Shown: positions 1 to 21,350 of the stretch, one piece after another
Numbering within the stretch: position 1 is the first letter of the stretch
Layout of the letters: every line of letters begins with the position of its first letter
NCBI RefSeq assembly: GCF_009914755.1
Contig: NC_060928.1
Length of the DNA: 64,000 nucleotides
DNA from: the human T2T-CHM13v2.0 reference genome, Homo sapiens
Strand: one strand, 5' to 3'
Translations under genes and position numbers: made by a program
The notes under the pieces: model-generated
What the model was told of the DNA's origin: nothing
Database searches by the model: none
Seen by the model: only the letters and a program-made list of their open reading frames with translations

Positions 1-117
1 AAAAAAAAAAAATCAATTATGTGAAATTTAGAATATATTGCCCCAAAGAAACAATGTGACACTAAAGCATAGCTAAACAATACTAGGGTATTACACCAAC
101 CTGCTGAATAACCAACC

Positions 118-172
118 CCACCACCATCACCACCACCACCACCACTACCACTACCACTACCAAAGTACAGTG
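118..172. repeat. (ACC)n/(ACCACT)n simple repeat
   Basis: ccaccaccatcaccaccaccaccaccactaccactaccactacca. Confidence 0.9.
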
Positions 173-189
173 TTGAGGAGAACAGGGTG

Positions 190-690
190 CTCTGAGGCTG
201 CCTGAGGTTCAACATCTTTTGTGACCTCGACTGGGGTAATTAATTCTACAAGTCTAATATTCCTCACCTTTAAAATGGAGATGATAAAATCACCTGCTCC
301 ACACGAGTTACTGTGAAAATTAAAAGAGGGAACCTAAAGCACTTAGCACAGTCATCCATCCAACATGTATTTATTAAGCACCTACTACATGTTAGGTACA
401 AGGCCCCAAGGCCCTGGCAATGAAACAGTAAACAAAAAAAGTAAGTCCCTACTTTTATGGAGTGTGTATTCTAATAAAAGAAAACACGCAATAAAAAAAA
501 TCTGATGGAGTTAATGCTATGAAAATAAAGCAGGATATAAGAGATAAAGAGTAACAAGGAGAAGGATACTATTTTGGTAGTGGGGAAAGGTTCTCTAATA
601 AGGCCACAAATTTTAACAAAGACCATAAGAGAATGAAGAAGAGGGTCATACAGAGAACTGGGGGAAGAAATCAGATCCATTTCTGGCAAT
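190..690. mobile_element. MIR followed by an L2 3'-end fragment (L2 resumes at ~1530-1680)
   Basis: MIR core-like CTCACCTTTAAAATGGAGATGATAA...AAAGCACTTAGCACAG. L2-like ATGTATTTATTAAGCACCTACTAC. Confidence 0.65.
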
Positions 691-2964
691 ATGGTAGACT
701 AGATGCCCAGAAAAGTACTTGTGATTCAGAATTTCTTAAAATGCTGAATATTAAAACAAAAATAGTATTTTTCATGAGTGGCTGAGCTGAAAGAAAGAAA
801 AAACAACAAAGCATTGGTGAGCACTGAAACCAGCCTCTCCCCTGGGAGCATCCATCAATTCCCCAGTGGCTTAGAAGTCAGTTTAAGGGACTGGTGAGAA
901 GGACATAAAGGTTGGGGCCTAAACAAGGTGGGAAATCTGAAAAGCAACACTCAGTGGATGAACTGCAGAGGAGGGTAAACAACATGCTAAACAGAGATCA
1001 CAGTTGGCATGTTTGCCTTTCCCAGTCTCGGTGGAAGAGAAAAAACGAAGTCACCCTTCGCTCACTCCAGTTTAAGGACAAAATTCATACTACCTATGTG
1101 GTCTAGAAAAACTCAGACTAAAAATTCAGTTTCGAGAGATTCTGGGTTGGAAGAGACTAGAGCATGACAGAAGCAAACACCAATCCAGCCAAGAGGAGTA
1201 CACTAAACCCAAGCCTTCAGTGATATTCACAAATAAAAATCCATGGAAGATTATCTCACAATTAAAAAGAAATTCACAAAATAATGAAAAAAGCCCCCAA
1301 GAATCAGCAGAACAAGCCTTTCAGGAACAGAAGAAACGATGAGGAACATGAAAATAATCAGATATATAATATAAAAATGTTAATGTTTAAGGAAATAAAA
1401 GAGATATAGAAAGTATGACTGAGGAAAAGAAACTGTAAAAAACATGAATATGAAAAAATCAAACAATTGTAATGTTTCTGGATAGAAACATTACAATTGC
1501 TTATTGATAGTCATACAATAATTGGATATTTGAGAGGAGATCATTCTAGGCAAAGGAAAAAATAAGTTCAAAGGCCCTAAGGTAAGACTGTGCTTGGCTT
1601 GCTTTAGGAAGTACAAAAGGGCCATGGCATCCAGAGTTGAGTAAACAAGGAAGAAAAGTGGGAAGAAATGACGACCAAGAACTGGTACTTAATAGGTCAC
1701 AAAATACCTCAATAAATATTATTTATTATCCCATAATTTCTATTGGAAAAATTTGGATATTAGAAATAATAATTTCTTCTTTACCATTTCTGCATTAAAT
1801 ATAGAAGCCAGAGCAGAGCTACAGAGGATCTCAAGTAGGTTCAGAAGGAAATAAGAAAATATTCCTTTTCTATGAAGTAGGGAGAGTCTTCAGTAGAGGT
1901 CCCAGTGCCAAGGAAGACATCTGGGTCTTGTGTGAGCAAGGTAGAAATGAAGTGATTCAGAAGATACATTTCTGGAAATAATAATGATCAACAACAACCA
2001 AAAAAAAAAAAAAAAGTCAAGATGGAATTACCATTTCAAAGTAGGAGACATTTCAAACTTGGGCATTAATTGGTAATCAGGACATCCTCAGAGTACTCAA
2101 AAATTTCACGGTTCAAGTGAACGTTTACATCCTATGACAATGAGAATTTAGCATAAATGAAACTCCCAAAGATATGCCAAACTTTTTAACTATCTGGTTT
2201 AATTCTCAACTTTTTCTAAATATTTTCAAAAGACACTAACAAGTAGCAAAATAGTACTACTCTGATTTTTCTTTTCTTCCATATTCCTACCCTCAGACTA
2301 AGGTATTGCCTAAAAAAGCCATGAACAAAACACAAGTAATACAGGTTAAGAATAATATTCATAAGCCACAACTAGAGGTATAATCAATCCCTAAATATTA
2401 AAGAGTTGGTCATTCCATTTTTTCCTGATTAGCAAAATAACAGAAAATTGACTGGTGGATATCTTAAATACATATAAACTACCATGCACCATTTGACACA
2501 TGAAGAAATAGATGCAAAGAATCAAAGTATGCATTGTTAAATCAATGATAAAAGTTTTAAAATAATTCATTTTCTCAAAGCTTATCACTCTTAACAATGT
2601 TTCTAATTATCATAACCTAATACAATTCCTGACAAATTTAATCAAATTAGGTTCTAATACAAGAACACAACTTATATTAATAATCACACAGTATAACATG
2701 GTACACACAAAATTCAAAATCAAACAACCTGAGTCCAAATGCCATCTTACTAACTATGACACTTGAGCATCATTGACCACTCCAATCCTGTTTTCATGCT
2801 ATAAATCAAGTTTAATAAAGTACTGCCCCATGGAGTTGTTACATGGAAAAAATAAAATAATCCCGTAAAACACTTATGTTTATCAGCAGACTCAGATATA
2901 CACCCTGACTTACATCTAGGTTCCATTCTATTATAACTGGATCATAAAGCAAAGCATTAATTTC

Positions 2965-3010
2965 TTTTTTTATTTTTATTTTATTTTAATTTAAGTTCAG
3001 GATACATGTG
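2965..3010 (-). mobile_element. Extremely 5'-truncated L1PA insertion (46 nt)
   Basis: Minus strand reads CACATGTATCCTGAACTTAAATTAAAATAAAATAAAAATAAAAAAA (L1PA 3' terminus plus tail). Flanked by TSD GCATTAATTTC at 2954-2964 and 3011-3021. Confidence 0.75.
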
Positions 3011-3611
3011 GCATTAATTTCAGTCTTTCCTTCTGAAGCACCACTTAAATAACTTGACGTGACTGTTCTCACACAGTGCATTCAGCACTATAGAATAAAG
3101 TCAGTGTCTAACAATAAAAACTAGAAAGATATTTGTGCAATATGTTATGCTAAATGTAGAACTTGGCTAAATTGAAAATTTTCTGAAATACTTTATGTAA
3201 ATAAAGAAACAGAGCAGTCCCTACAAATAGAAATGACTCCTGAAATTTTTATGTCAAAAGTCATTGTGTCAATTTATGTGTAATATTCAAGTGACTACCA
3301 AATGGTCATCATTTGACTCACTCAAACTATTGTGTTTCAAAAGTTCATCCCCATGCAGATAAACATGTTAAAGATAGTATAATTCACTAAAAATAGTCAA
3401 GTTCTCTATTGATACAAATGGGATTTCTATGCAGGTTACTTGTATTCAATCTAAATGACTAAGAACTTATAAAGACTTAAGACGATCCTGCAAGAAAGAT
3501 GCCTAAGGGGAAAAAAAAAGAATTAAGATAAAGTAGTATTTTGCTCTAGGTTGTTTATTTTAAGTGTGTAGCGGTTGGGGAAAAAAACATGACTCCTTTA
3601 TATTATCCTAA

Positions 3612-4582
<971 letters not shown>

Positions 4583-5815
4583 AGGAAAATTCACTTAATT
4601 ACTAAAATTTTAAAACACCACCTCCACACATAAAATCCCCCATGAATAAATCTATATTTTGTTTTGGTAATACAAGGTTGCTTTCTAAGATAACAATTGC
4701 TCATCTGCCTGTATGTATAAATACATGTAAGCATTTGGGAAAGAAGAAAAATGACTAATTTTATCTTCCTACAATTTCTTCAGTGATCTACACTAGAACT
4801 CCATTATCTGAAATTATCTAAGGTATTCCTAAGCAGAAAAATAAGTTGGTCAATTGTAGCCTAAGTTGGTCCTATATTTATTCAATGGCTATCACACATT
4901 CATCACTTCGTTATACCTTAGACTTCCAGCAGATAATGAATATAACCTTTAAATCCATCACTTTACAAATGCCTACAAATATTAGGTAAATATAACAAAA
5001 AATACTTTTCAATGTAGAACTGAGCTTGAGTTTGCAAAGAAAGAAAGAAAGGAAAATCCCCGAGCCTAAAGTGAAGAAGAAACAGAAAAATAAGTATCTG
5101 AACTTCCATTACAACTGCTGAAGAGGCAAGAAAGAGGAAGCTAGTACTAGGGGGCTTGAATTTTATTTCCTTTTTAGAAACAAACAAAAAAAAAGTATTC
5201 ACTCAAGATGGGGAAGTAGAGATAAAATCTCTATATAAATATGGGATCCTCAAAAGGTTGACCCTCAGGAAAAAGTAGATTCTTCCTCTCCCCCACAAAA
5301 AAACTTCCCTGGCACAGGAAATTACAAATAATTAGTCTTTGGCTGGGCTGCTGATTTCCTTTTTTTTTTTAATTCTATAGAGATAAGGTCTATGTTGCCC
5401 AGGCTGGTCTCGAACTCCTGGGCTCAAATGATCTTCCTGCCTCTGTCTCCCAAAGTCCTGGGATTACATGCATGAGCCACCGTGCCTGGTCACTACTGAT
5501 TATTTTTAAGTTTCCTCTAAGATAGTAAAATTCTGGGATTTCCTCTAAGATAGTAAAATTCTGCTATTCACATAGGAAGTCCAAATTTACACTACTGGCA
5601 TGAACAACAAACCCCAGAATGACAAATTTAAAAAACAAAACAAAAAAAAAAACAATTTCAGGTATAATATACCCCCTGAGGCTCCAGGCAAACTTAATCC
5701 ATACGTTCTGGTAATAAACATTTCCTAAGCACATACTATGTGTCAAGTACTCTTCTAGGGGCTAGGGATGCAATAAGCAAAACAGACAAAAATCTCTACT
5801 CTTATGAAACATAAA

Positions 5816-6637
5816 CAGTAGTCCCTCTTGATCTACAGGGTATACATTGCAAGACCCCTAGTGGATACCTAAAACCACAGATAATACCAAATGCTATATA
5901 CACTATGTTTTTTTGTATACACACATACCTATGATAAAGTTTAATTTATAAATTAGGCACAGTAAGAGATTAACAACAATAACTAGTAATAAAATAGAAC
6001 AGTTAGAACAATACACAGTTTCCAATTTTTGACAGTTTGACTTACAATTTTTCAACTTTATGATGGTGTGAAAGCAATAAGCATTCAGCACAAACCTCAA
6101 TTTAACAATGGAGTTACATCCCAATAAACTCATTGTAAGTTGAAAAGTCAAAACTACCATAAATCAACAAGTATTTTCAACTTACAATATTTTCAGCTTT
6201 AGATGTAAGTGCATCAAGTCAAGGAGCATCTGTGTAATTCACAATTACATGGATAGAAGATTCGTACATACTGCAAACCTTAGCAACCTCAGCACATGAT
6301 TTTTTTTCCTTGTAAGTCAAGAACTTCCACCTATTCACTTAAAAAAAGTGCTTTACAATGTCTCTGTGTCACATCCAAATTGCCAACATCACTACTCTTG
6401 TCCCGAACATTATTAAGTAAAATAAGGGTTACTTAAACACTGCAATACCATGACAGTCAATCTGATCGTGGAGAGGGTAGTCACTTAGTAAAGTGACTAA
6501 AGGACAGGTAGCATATACGTAGAGCATGGATACGCTGGACAAAGGGATGATTTGCATCCTAGTCAGGATGGAGCAGAATGCTTGAGATTTCATCACACTA
6601 CTCAAGAGCTGCACACAATTTAAAACTTAGGAACTGT
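5816..6637. mobile_element. MER44/Tigger7 DNA transposon with a nested MER47/Tigger5-like piece (~6012-6235)
   Basis: TIR-like CAGTAGTCCCTCTTGATC. MER44 hallmark GGATACGCTGGACAAAGGGATGATT. The nested piece ends AAGTCAAGGAGCATCTG. Confidence 0.7.

Positions 6638-9815
<3,178 letters not shown>

Positions 9816-9863
<48 letters not shown>
9816..9863. repeat. (TG)n microsatellite, ~24 units (a second, imperfect TG tract lies at 8956-9003)
   Basis: Read directly from the sequence. Confidence 0.95.
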
Positions 9864-9864
<1 letters not shown>

Positions 9865-10218
9865 CAGTCTCATGCTGCCACCCAGACTGGAGTGTGGGGT
9901 ACAGTGACACAATCTCAGCTCAATGCAACCTCCACCTCCTGGGTTCCACAAATCTCCTGCCTCAGCCTCTCCAGTAGCTGGGATTACAGGCATACACCAC
10001 GATGCCAGGCCAATTTTTGTATGGTTTGTTGATACAGGGTTTCGCCATGCTGCCCAACTGGGTTCAAGCAATTCTCTGCCCGGCCTCCCAAGTAGCTGAG
10101 AATACAGGTGCCTGCCACCATGCCCGGCTAATTTTTGTATTTTTAGTAGAGAGGGGGTTTCACCATCTTGGCCACGCTGTTCTTGAACTCCTGAACTCAT
10201 GATCCACCAGCTTCAGCC

Positions 10219-10549
10219 TACTATTATACTTTGGGGCCACTATTAGGTACAAATATGGGTCACTTGAATATAATCACTGCAATACTGCCGCAATCAATCT
10301 GATAACGGAGACGGCAACTGACTAACAGGCAGGTAGCATATACATACAGCATGATGCTGGACAAAGGGATGATTCACATCCTGGTGGGACAGAGAGTGAT
10401 TTCATCACACTACTCAGAACAACATGCAAATTAAAACTTACTAATGGTTTATTTCTGAAATTTTACATTTAATATTCTCAGACCATGGTTAACGGAAGGT
10501 AATAGAAACTGGGAAAAGCTAACATGTGACTAAGGCAGGGTACTCTTGT
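10219..10549. mobile_element. MER44/Tigger7 terminal fragment
   Basis: GCTGGACAAAGGGATGATTCACATCC...TTTCATCACACTACTCAGAAC...TTTATTTCTGAAATTTTACATTTAATATT. Confidence 0.72.
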
Positions 10550-11424
10550 AATGGACAGAAACTGACAAAAAGCAAAATATATTAAGTTACATAATATATT
10601 AGAAGATAAATCTGTTAAGAAATAAGGTAACGGCTGGGCACGGTGGCTCACGCCTGTAATCCTAGCACTTTGGGAGGCCGAGGCAGGTGGATTGCCTGAG
10701 CTCAGGAGTTCAAGACCAGCCTGGGCAACACAGTGAAACCCCATCTCTACTCAAGTACAAAAAATTAGCCAGGCATGGCGGCATGAGCCTTGTAATCCCA
10801 GCTACTCGGGAGGCTGAAACAGGAGAATCACTTGAACCTGGGAGACAGGGGTTGGTTGCAATGAGCCAAGAGCATGCCATTGCACTCCAGCCTGGGCGAC
10901 AGAGCGAGACTTCGACTCAAAAAAGAAAGAAAGAAGGTAGGGAAAAAAGATAAGAAGTGGAGGAGAGGGAAATAGTCAAGAAATAGTCAAGAAAGATGTT
11001 AAACTTACACAAACTAATCTACACAGGATTCCCACAAATAAAATCCCACAAAAATTTAGTTCAGAATCCAAGATTATAAAACACCCTGTAATGGCCGGGC
11101 ATGGTGGCTCACGCCTGTAATCCAGCACTTTGGGAGGTCAAGGTGGGCGGATCATGAGGTCAAGAGTTCAAGACCAGCCTGGCCAACATAGTGAAAGCCT
11201 GTCTCTACTACAAATACAAAAAATTAGCCAGGGGTGGTGGCAGGCGCCTGTAATCCCAGTGAGGCTGAGACAGGAGAATCCCTTGAACCCGGGAGGCGGA
11301 GGTTGCAGTGAGCCAAGATCGCACTATTGCACTTCAGCCCAGACAACAGTACAAGACTCCAACTCAAAAAAAAAAAAAAAAAAAAAAAAACCCTGTATAT
11401 ACCACATTAGATGAGAGCTAATGA

Positions 11425-11816
<392 letters not shown>

Positions 11817-12789
11817 TAAAGTAATTCAAAATTGTACAATGAAAAATACAAACTGCCTAACAAATAACTTCATAGGAAACAAAATAATAAAGGAAATATG
11901 CATCAAGGTTTTAACAATATATCTTTTGCGGAAAAGAATAATAGGGCAGGGCATGGTGGCTCACACCTGTAATCTCAGCACTGCAGGAGGCCAAGGCAGG
12001 CGGATCACCTAAGGTCAGGAGTTCGGGACCAGCCTGGCCAATATGGCGAAACCCCGTCTCTACTAAAAATACAAAAATTAGCAGGGAGTGGTGGTCAGCT
12101 ACTCGGGAAGCTGAGGCAGGAGAATCACTTGAACCCAGAGGCGGAGGCTGCCGTGAGCTGAGATCACGCCACTACACTGCAGTATGGGTGACAGAGGGAC
12201 ACTCCGTCTCAAAAAAATAAAATTAAATAAAATAAAAATAAAAGAATAATAGGAACTAGGCTTCCTAAAGATTGTACTTTTATTTTAAAAATTAAGACAT
12301 TTCCATTTAACACTTTTGAAGTATCAAAACACTTCAAAAAGTTCTGGAGATACAAAGATAAATAAAATACCTTATTGTACATCTATATAAGTATTATAAA
12401 ACAAAAATGCATTGTGGACATTTCTGTTTCAACCATATAAAAACTATTTTAAAATATTTTCAACAATATGTGTGTGAAAAGGGATGCTTTATAAAAAGTG
12501 AATATAATAGATTAGTTCAACTAGGTCAGTATGAGAAATAAAAAGCTTACTTAGTTTTTCTATTAATTCACAAACAGGAAAAAAAAATCTGATTTTCCAG
12601 TTCCCAAATGATTTCTCAGTTTAAAATAAATCAATTCAAAGGTCAACAAAACTGTATGCTTGCAGGAACCTAAATTATCAAGTCTGTCACTTCCAGGAAA
12701 CTTTGAAGTTTTAAAATTTCACCAATTCACCCAAATTTCTTGTAATTATCATTAATATTAATATATAACCAATAATATCTACTCATGAT

Positions 12790-14291
<1,502 letters not shown>

Positions 14292-14298
14292 TAAAATA

Positions 14299-14543
14299 CA
14301 GTTGTCCCTTGCTATACTGGGGACATTGGTTCCAGGACTCCTGCATAGACCAAAATCTGAGCATACTCAGATAAGTCCTGCAATGGCCCTGTGGAACCCA
14401 GTGATATAAAAAGTAAGCCCTTAGTATGCAACAGTTTCACATCCCAGGAATACTGTATTTTCAATTCGAGTTTGGTTGAAAAAAAAAATCACCATATAAA
14501 TGGACCCATGCAGTTCAAACTCATGTTATTCAAGAGTCAACTG
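14299..14543 (+). mobile_element. MER8 (Tigger2-family MITE)
   Basis: Terminal inverted repeats CAGTTGTCCCTTG ... CAAGAGTCAACTG, ~245 bp. Confidence 0.75.
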
Positions 14544-14657
14544 CATATCTCAATGAAGGTTTAAAAAAGCCACCTCTAGGCCGGGCGCAGTGGCTCACGC
14601 CTGTAATCCGAGCACTTTGGGAGGCTGAGGCAGGCGGATCACGAGGTCAGGAGTTCA

Positions 14658-14951
<294 letters not shown>

Positions 14952-15332
14952 TTACTATGTTGCACAGGCTGGTGTTGAACTTCTGACCTCAAACTTCTGA
15001 CCTCCCACCTCAGCCTCCCAAACTGCTGGGATTATAGGCATGAGCCACTGTGCCCAGCCCAAATTTTCAAATATAGAGTACAACTGTTTATATAGAATTT
15101 ACATTCTATTAGGTATTCTAAGTAATCTAGAGATGATTTAAAGTATATGGGAGAAAGCCGGGCATGGTGGCTCAAACTTGTAATCCCAGCATTTTCAGGA
15201 AGCCAAGGCAGGCAGATCACTTGAGGCCAGGAGTTTGAGACTAGCCTGGCCAACATGGTGAAACCCCGTCTCTACTAAAAATACAATAATTAGCTGGGTG
15301 TGGTGGCACACGCCTGTAATCCCAGCTACTCA

Positions 15333-15491
<159 letters not shown>

Positions 15492-15557
15492 CTACTCAGG
15501 AGACTGAGGCAGGAGAGCAGCTTAAGCCCAGGAATTTGAGGCTACAGTGAGCTATGA

Positions 15558-15680
<123 letters not shown>

Positions 15681-15691
15681 TAACACGGTTA

Positions 15692-15961
<270 letters not shown>

Positions 15962-16452
15962 CTATACCATTTTATATAAGAGACTGGAGCTTCTGAAAAT
16001 TGTGGTATCCACTAGGGGTTCTGGAACCAATCCCCCACATATCAAGGGGTGACTGTAATTACTTAACAAAAATTTTTTAAAAAATCATGAAAGTATGTAT
16101 TTGTCACCAGCTCATGGGAATCACTATTCTTGAATTAGGTAGCACTAAATACCTTTAAATACCTGATGGAAGCCTTAAACTCAGCAGCAAGTTCCTGAAA
16201 ACATGCCAACATATATTAATTATTCTGGGTCTAAAAGTTTGACAAATTACTTTAAAATACAGATGAAAACAAAATAAAATGTTTTAAACTGCAACAAGAA
16301 AAATGTACAAGTTGACCAGAAGTTTGAAACACTTGACTACATTGGTGCACTGTTAATCAAAATTTATCTGCAAAACAGATTTGCAAAAGAAATTATAAAC
16401 AGGGTAGTAAATTTCAAAGTAATTTATAACAGACTAAGGTCAAGCTACATTA

Positions 16453-16812
<360 letters not shown>

Positions 16813-16815
16813 TCA

Positions 16816-17118
<303 letters not shown>

Positions 17119-20100
17119 CTACCATGTACTATTTGGACACCTCTGGAGGAGAGGAACTTGTTCAATTTTAACAGTATAAACTTTATTGTTTAAGTAGCTA
17201 ATATTTAGGCCAGGCGTGGTGGCTTAAGCCTGTAATTCCAGCACTTCAGGAGGCTGAACGGGTGGATCACCTGAGGTCAAGATTTTGAGACCAGCCTGGC
17301 CAACATGGTGAAACCCCGCCTCTACCAAAAATACAAAAATTAGTCGGGCCTCATGGCGCACGCCTGTGGTCCCAGCTACTTGGGAGTCTGAGGCAGGAGA
17401 ATCACTTGAACTCAGGAGGCAGAGGTTGCAGGGAGGCAAGGTTGCACCACTGCACTCCAGCCTGGGCAACAGACTGAGACTCTATCTCAAAAAAAAAGAC
17501 TAACTATCAATTAGGAAATATTTACGTGTAGCAGTACTAACAACATTGAGATGGACTAATTTACAGAATCCCAATACTTTCATTCTAATTTTTTTTTTCA
17601 GGGTGTTGCTCTGCATGATTGTAGCTCACTGTAGCCTCGAACTCCTGGGCTCAAGGGATCCTCCCACCTCATCCTCCCAAGTAGCTGGGACCACAGGTAT
17701 ATGCCACCATGCCCAGCTAATTTTTTATTTAATTTTTTTTTTTGTAGAGACAGGGTCTCACTATAGTGCCCAGGCTGGTCTCAAACTCTTGGCCTCAAGT
17801 GAACCTCCCAAAGCTCTGGGATTACAAGCATGAGCCACTATGCGCAGCTGCTTCCAAAGATTTTCTAGAGTGGCCAAAACCCCAGATAATCCATGAAAGA
17901 GCATGAAAAGTATTTTAAGGGACAATGGAAGGGGAGAAACTGCTACCTAATATTCTCAGCAACTTTTCCTGCCCTACCTGACAAGCGAATGATATTGAAG
18001 AGGAGGGTAACTAACTGAACAGACTCTTCTCTCTCCTTCTATCCAGGCACCTACTATCCTGCAAATACGCAGCTTTGAAGGACTTAACCAATGACCTTAA
18101 AATCTATACCAGGTCTACAGTTCTAGGAAGCGTATAAGCAAATGCTGCTATAGAATTTGGATTTTCTTTAATGATAAAAATGCAAATGACTCACGTTTGG
18201 TCATCCACTCCAACACAGCACATTCTAAAGAACAGGAGTTCAAATCCTCCTTCTGCCAAAAGATGTTGTGTCTTCACACACAAATAAGTAATTATGGATT
18301 ATATTACTACCACAAATTTCTGTTTCTCACTGAAGGCATATGACATTTTAAAAAAGAACAAAAAATCAGAAAGGAAATGTTTCAAGTCTATTTTGAGGTA
18401 AAGCAATCAATTTACCATTTATCTTCCTCAGACTTACATATGAAAGCCCCACACACATGCGCACACACAAGATCCCCAAAATGTTGACAACTGTTGAAGC
18501 TGCACAACGGATACCAGAGTTCATTATACTATTCTATTTTTGCATATATTTGAACATTTCCATAATATGCAGTTTTTTAAAATATGCATGTGTGTGTCTA
18601 TAGGTGTTTATACATAAACTCCCAATAAACTGACATAGAAATATCCAATTGTTCAAAGCTTTCATTCTTCAAAAGTAAGTGAATTTCTTTTTTTTTTTTT
18701 TTTTTTGAAACAGTCTCTCACTCTGCCACCCAGGCTGGAGTGCATTGGCACGATCTCGGCTCACAGCAACCTCCACCGCCTGGGTACAAGCAAGCGCATC
18801 CAGCTAATTTTTTTGTATTTTTAGTAGAGATGGGGTTTCACCATGTTGACTAGGCCAGTCTCAAACTCCTAACCTCAAGTGATGTGCCCGCCTCGGCTTC
18901 CTGAGGTGCTGGGATTACAGGCGTGAGTCACCACGCCCGGCCAGAATTCCATCTAGCTACTTTCTTATTCTAGAAGTTGTACTGCAGGTGACCAGACCAT
19001 TAGAGAAGGTCTAGTGAAAGAAATAATTAACTGCCCCAGAATAAAACAAGCCTAACCTTGAAAAGAGGCAAAGGGAAAGGTGCTAAACAGTTATTACAAT
19101 TAACTGCATGTTTATATTTGGTCCTGTTATCCTCTAACACAGGTGGGTAGGTAGAAAAGGGGGAAGTATTTTAGGGCCAGATTTCCTTTTGATTCTTTAA
19201 GTTGATGGGCAAGAGAGGCTGGAATAAAGAAATCTAAAAAGTCTCCATTATAAATGATAACCAAGCCAGGCACAATGGCGCATGCCAGTAGTTCCAGCTA
19301 CTTAGGAGACAAGAGGGGAGAATCGCCTGAACCCAGGAATTCAAAACTAGCCTAGGCAACAGAGTGAGACCTCATCTCTAAATAAATAAGTTAATGAATT
19401 AATTAAAGGTAGAATTGTATAATATAGGAATTATACCTCAATTTAAAAACAATTTAAGCCCTATACAGTGATGCATGCCTATAGCCACAACTACTCATAA
19501 GACTGAAGCAGGAGGATAGCTTGAACTTAGGAGTTTGAGAACAGCCTGGGCAACATAGAGAGGCCTCATCCCCCTCCCACCCCCACCCGAAAAAAAGCAT
19601 TCATAGCTCATCTTAGTATAATCAGCAACTTCCAATGACTAACTATGCTTTCCTGCTAGACATGAATTTATAAAACACATAAAAATTATACTGTATCTGC
19701 TTCAATTCCTTTTTTCATATTGCCATTCAATTTTCACAAGATTACTTTAAATGCAATCCTAAATTCATCACCAATTTAACTTTTGTTAGTTATGTCTAAA
19801 AATAAAACTAGTCAAAATTAAAAATACTAACTTTGCAGCAAATTAATCTTGCATCAGCACTACAAACAAATTTTTAAACTTATTGTAGCAAAACATAACT
19901 TCGACAGAATCAAAGACATTAATTCTCAAGTCCAAAAAAAGGTCACAAGAAATTATTTAAAGTGGTAAAGGGAAACGCAGACTTAGGCATACAAGCCAAG
20001 AAAAAAAAAATTAGAGATAACTCCTCCGCTAGAACCTCCCCCCAATACTTCCATAGCAACAATTATTTCCTTAGCACAAAAGTGATGTGTTCACTTTCAC

Positions 20101-20304
20101 AAAACCTGGATCATCTAAGTTTGCACAATTCCCTTCAATCTAAAAAACAGATGAAATTGTTTCATTTAGGTGAGTAGAATTTTGTGTCCCTATACACGAA
20201 AAAAGTCACCATCAGTGTGAGTAAACCACATGGCTCCAGCTTTAAGATCTTGTTCCCCAACCCACTGAAAAGAGTATATGCTTATAAAATATTCATGGAC
20301 TTAC

Positions 20305-20520
20305 CAGGTTAAAGACAGTTTCTACAATATCCCTATTGGATACTTCTCCAACTTCAACCAAACCGGTCAACACGGCAAATTTCATTCTGATGCCCCTGAT
20401 GGGGAGCCCTGGTTTCAGAGACAATGCACCCCCTTCAGTAGGGGTTTCTTCTCTCCCTCCACCTCCCCCGTCATCACCTGTTGGTGGCGGGGAAGGGACA
20501 CGATTGTCTTCGCTAGCCAT
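20305..20520 (-). CDS. LRBA: LRBA (LPS-responsive beige-like anchor, BEACH family), first coding exon, codons 1-72
   Basis: Translation MASEDNRVPSPPPTGDDGGGGGREETPTEGGALSLKPGLPIRGIRMKFAVLTGLVEVGEVSNRDIVETVFNL is the LRBA N-terminus; the RMKFAVL..GEVSNRDIVETV motif is shared with neurobeachin. ATG lies in GCAATGG context with an in-frame TGA at 20547-20545. The exon ends after 216 nt (phase 0) at the consensus donor CTG|GTAAGT (GT at 20304-20303). Confidence 0.97.
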
Positions 20521-20739
20521 TGCTAGCTCACGATAAAGGACAACTCAGAGTCACCCTGGGACGGCAGTCGCTGCACTGGTAATGAGCACAACACACGCAA
20601 TGCAAAACGAAAGGGTCCCTCTTCCAACTTGTGGAGATACCCCAAAGCAGTTGATGTGGAAAGTCCTTGGCGTCGCCCTCCTCCTCTTGGAGAATATTTG
20701 TCCAATCTCTCTCCCCGAGGCTGACAACAACGCCAAACC
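20521..20739 (-). other. LRBA: 5' UTR part of the LRBA first coding exon (219 nt, no AUG)
   Basis: Minus-strand acceptor TTTAATCTTCCAATAG|GGTTTGG (AG at 20741-20740). No ATG occurs on the minus strand between 20739 and 20521. Confidence 0.8.
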
Positions 20740-21079
20740 CTATTGGAAGATTAAATATATGTTAAATAGGCTAGGTTTTGTTTTAGGGTTTTGAGGGGAC
20801 AAGAGGGAAATAGTTATTGTCGGTCAAGTAAGTTACTAAAGGCACCCCACTACTAGCCACCCGCTTCTCCCGGGCTCAAAAAGCTGGGTTCTGGGTGAAG
20901 GCAGGTCCAAGAGGCCCCCGAACAGGCTCACTCCTCCCCCACTCTCGTGCAGGTTCTAGGCGCAGGGTAACCTCTCCTCACAGGTGCACTAGAAAGAGAA
21001 ACTGTCGCGGGGAAAGGAGGGATCGGAGGAAAGAAGGGGGGCCCACAAGCTATCACAGAGGTAGAAAGTTCTTCCTCAC

Positions 21080-21165
21080 CCAGATACTCCGGACTCGTCC
21101 TCACCCCCCGCCCAGGAGCAGCGAGACCGAGGTGGCGGCGGAGATCCAGGGCAGGAAAAGGCGGG
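21080..21165 (-). other. LRBA: Candidate proximal alternative first exon of LRBA
   Basis: Two minus-strand donors, GGG|GTGAGG (GT at 21104) and TGG|GTGAGG (GT at 21079), lie just downstream of GC boxes at 21160-21178. The sequence does not show which donor is used or where the TSS is. Confidence 0.5.
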
Positions 21166-21350
21166 GGAAGGGGGCGGTGATTATTCTAAATGCTCGGCCC
21201 AGTGGGAGGAGTGAAGCACCTCTCTCAGGCACCTGAGATTCGACGGGAAGGGGTGGGGAGGTGTGTGTGGTGGCAGGAAGGGAGGGGAGCGGCCAGAGAA
21301 ACCCAGCGGCCACCGCAGGGAGAGAAGGGAGGACAGAGAGGTCAGTGCAC

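Noticed and set aside
20293-20304. ORF-track extension 'VSP*' of the LRBA exon
   Set aside because: Read-through into the intron past the GTAAGT donor.
20305-20739. Alu-driven circularisation of the first coding exon
   Set aside because: The upstream intron is short and Alu-free, so no flanking inverted pair exists in the pre-mRNA.
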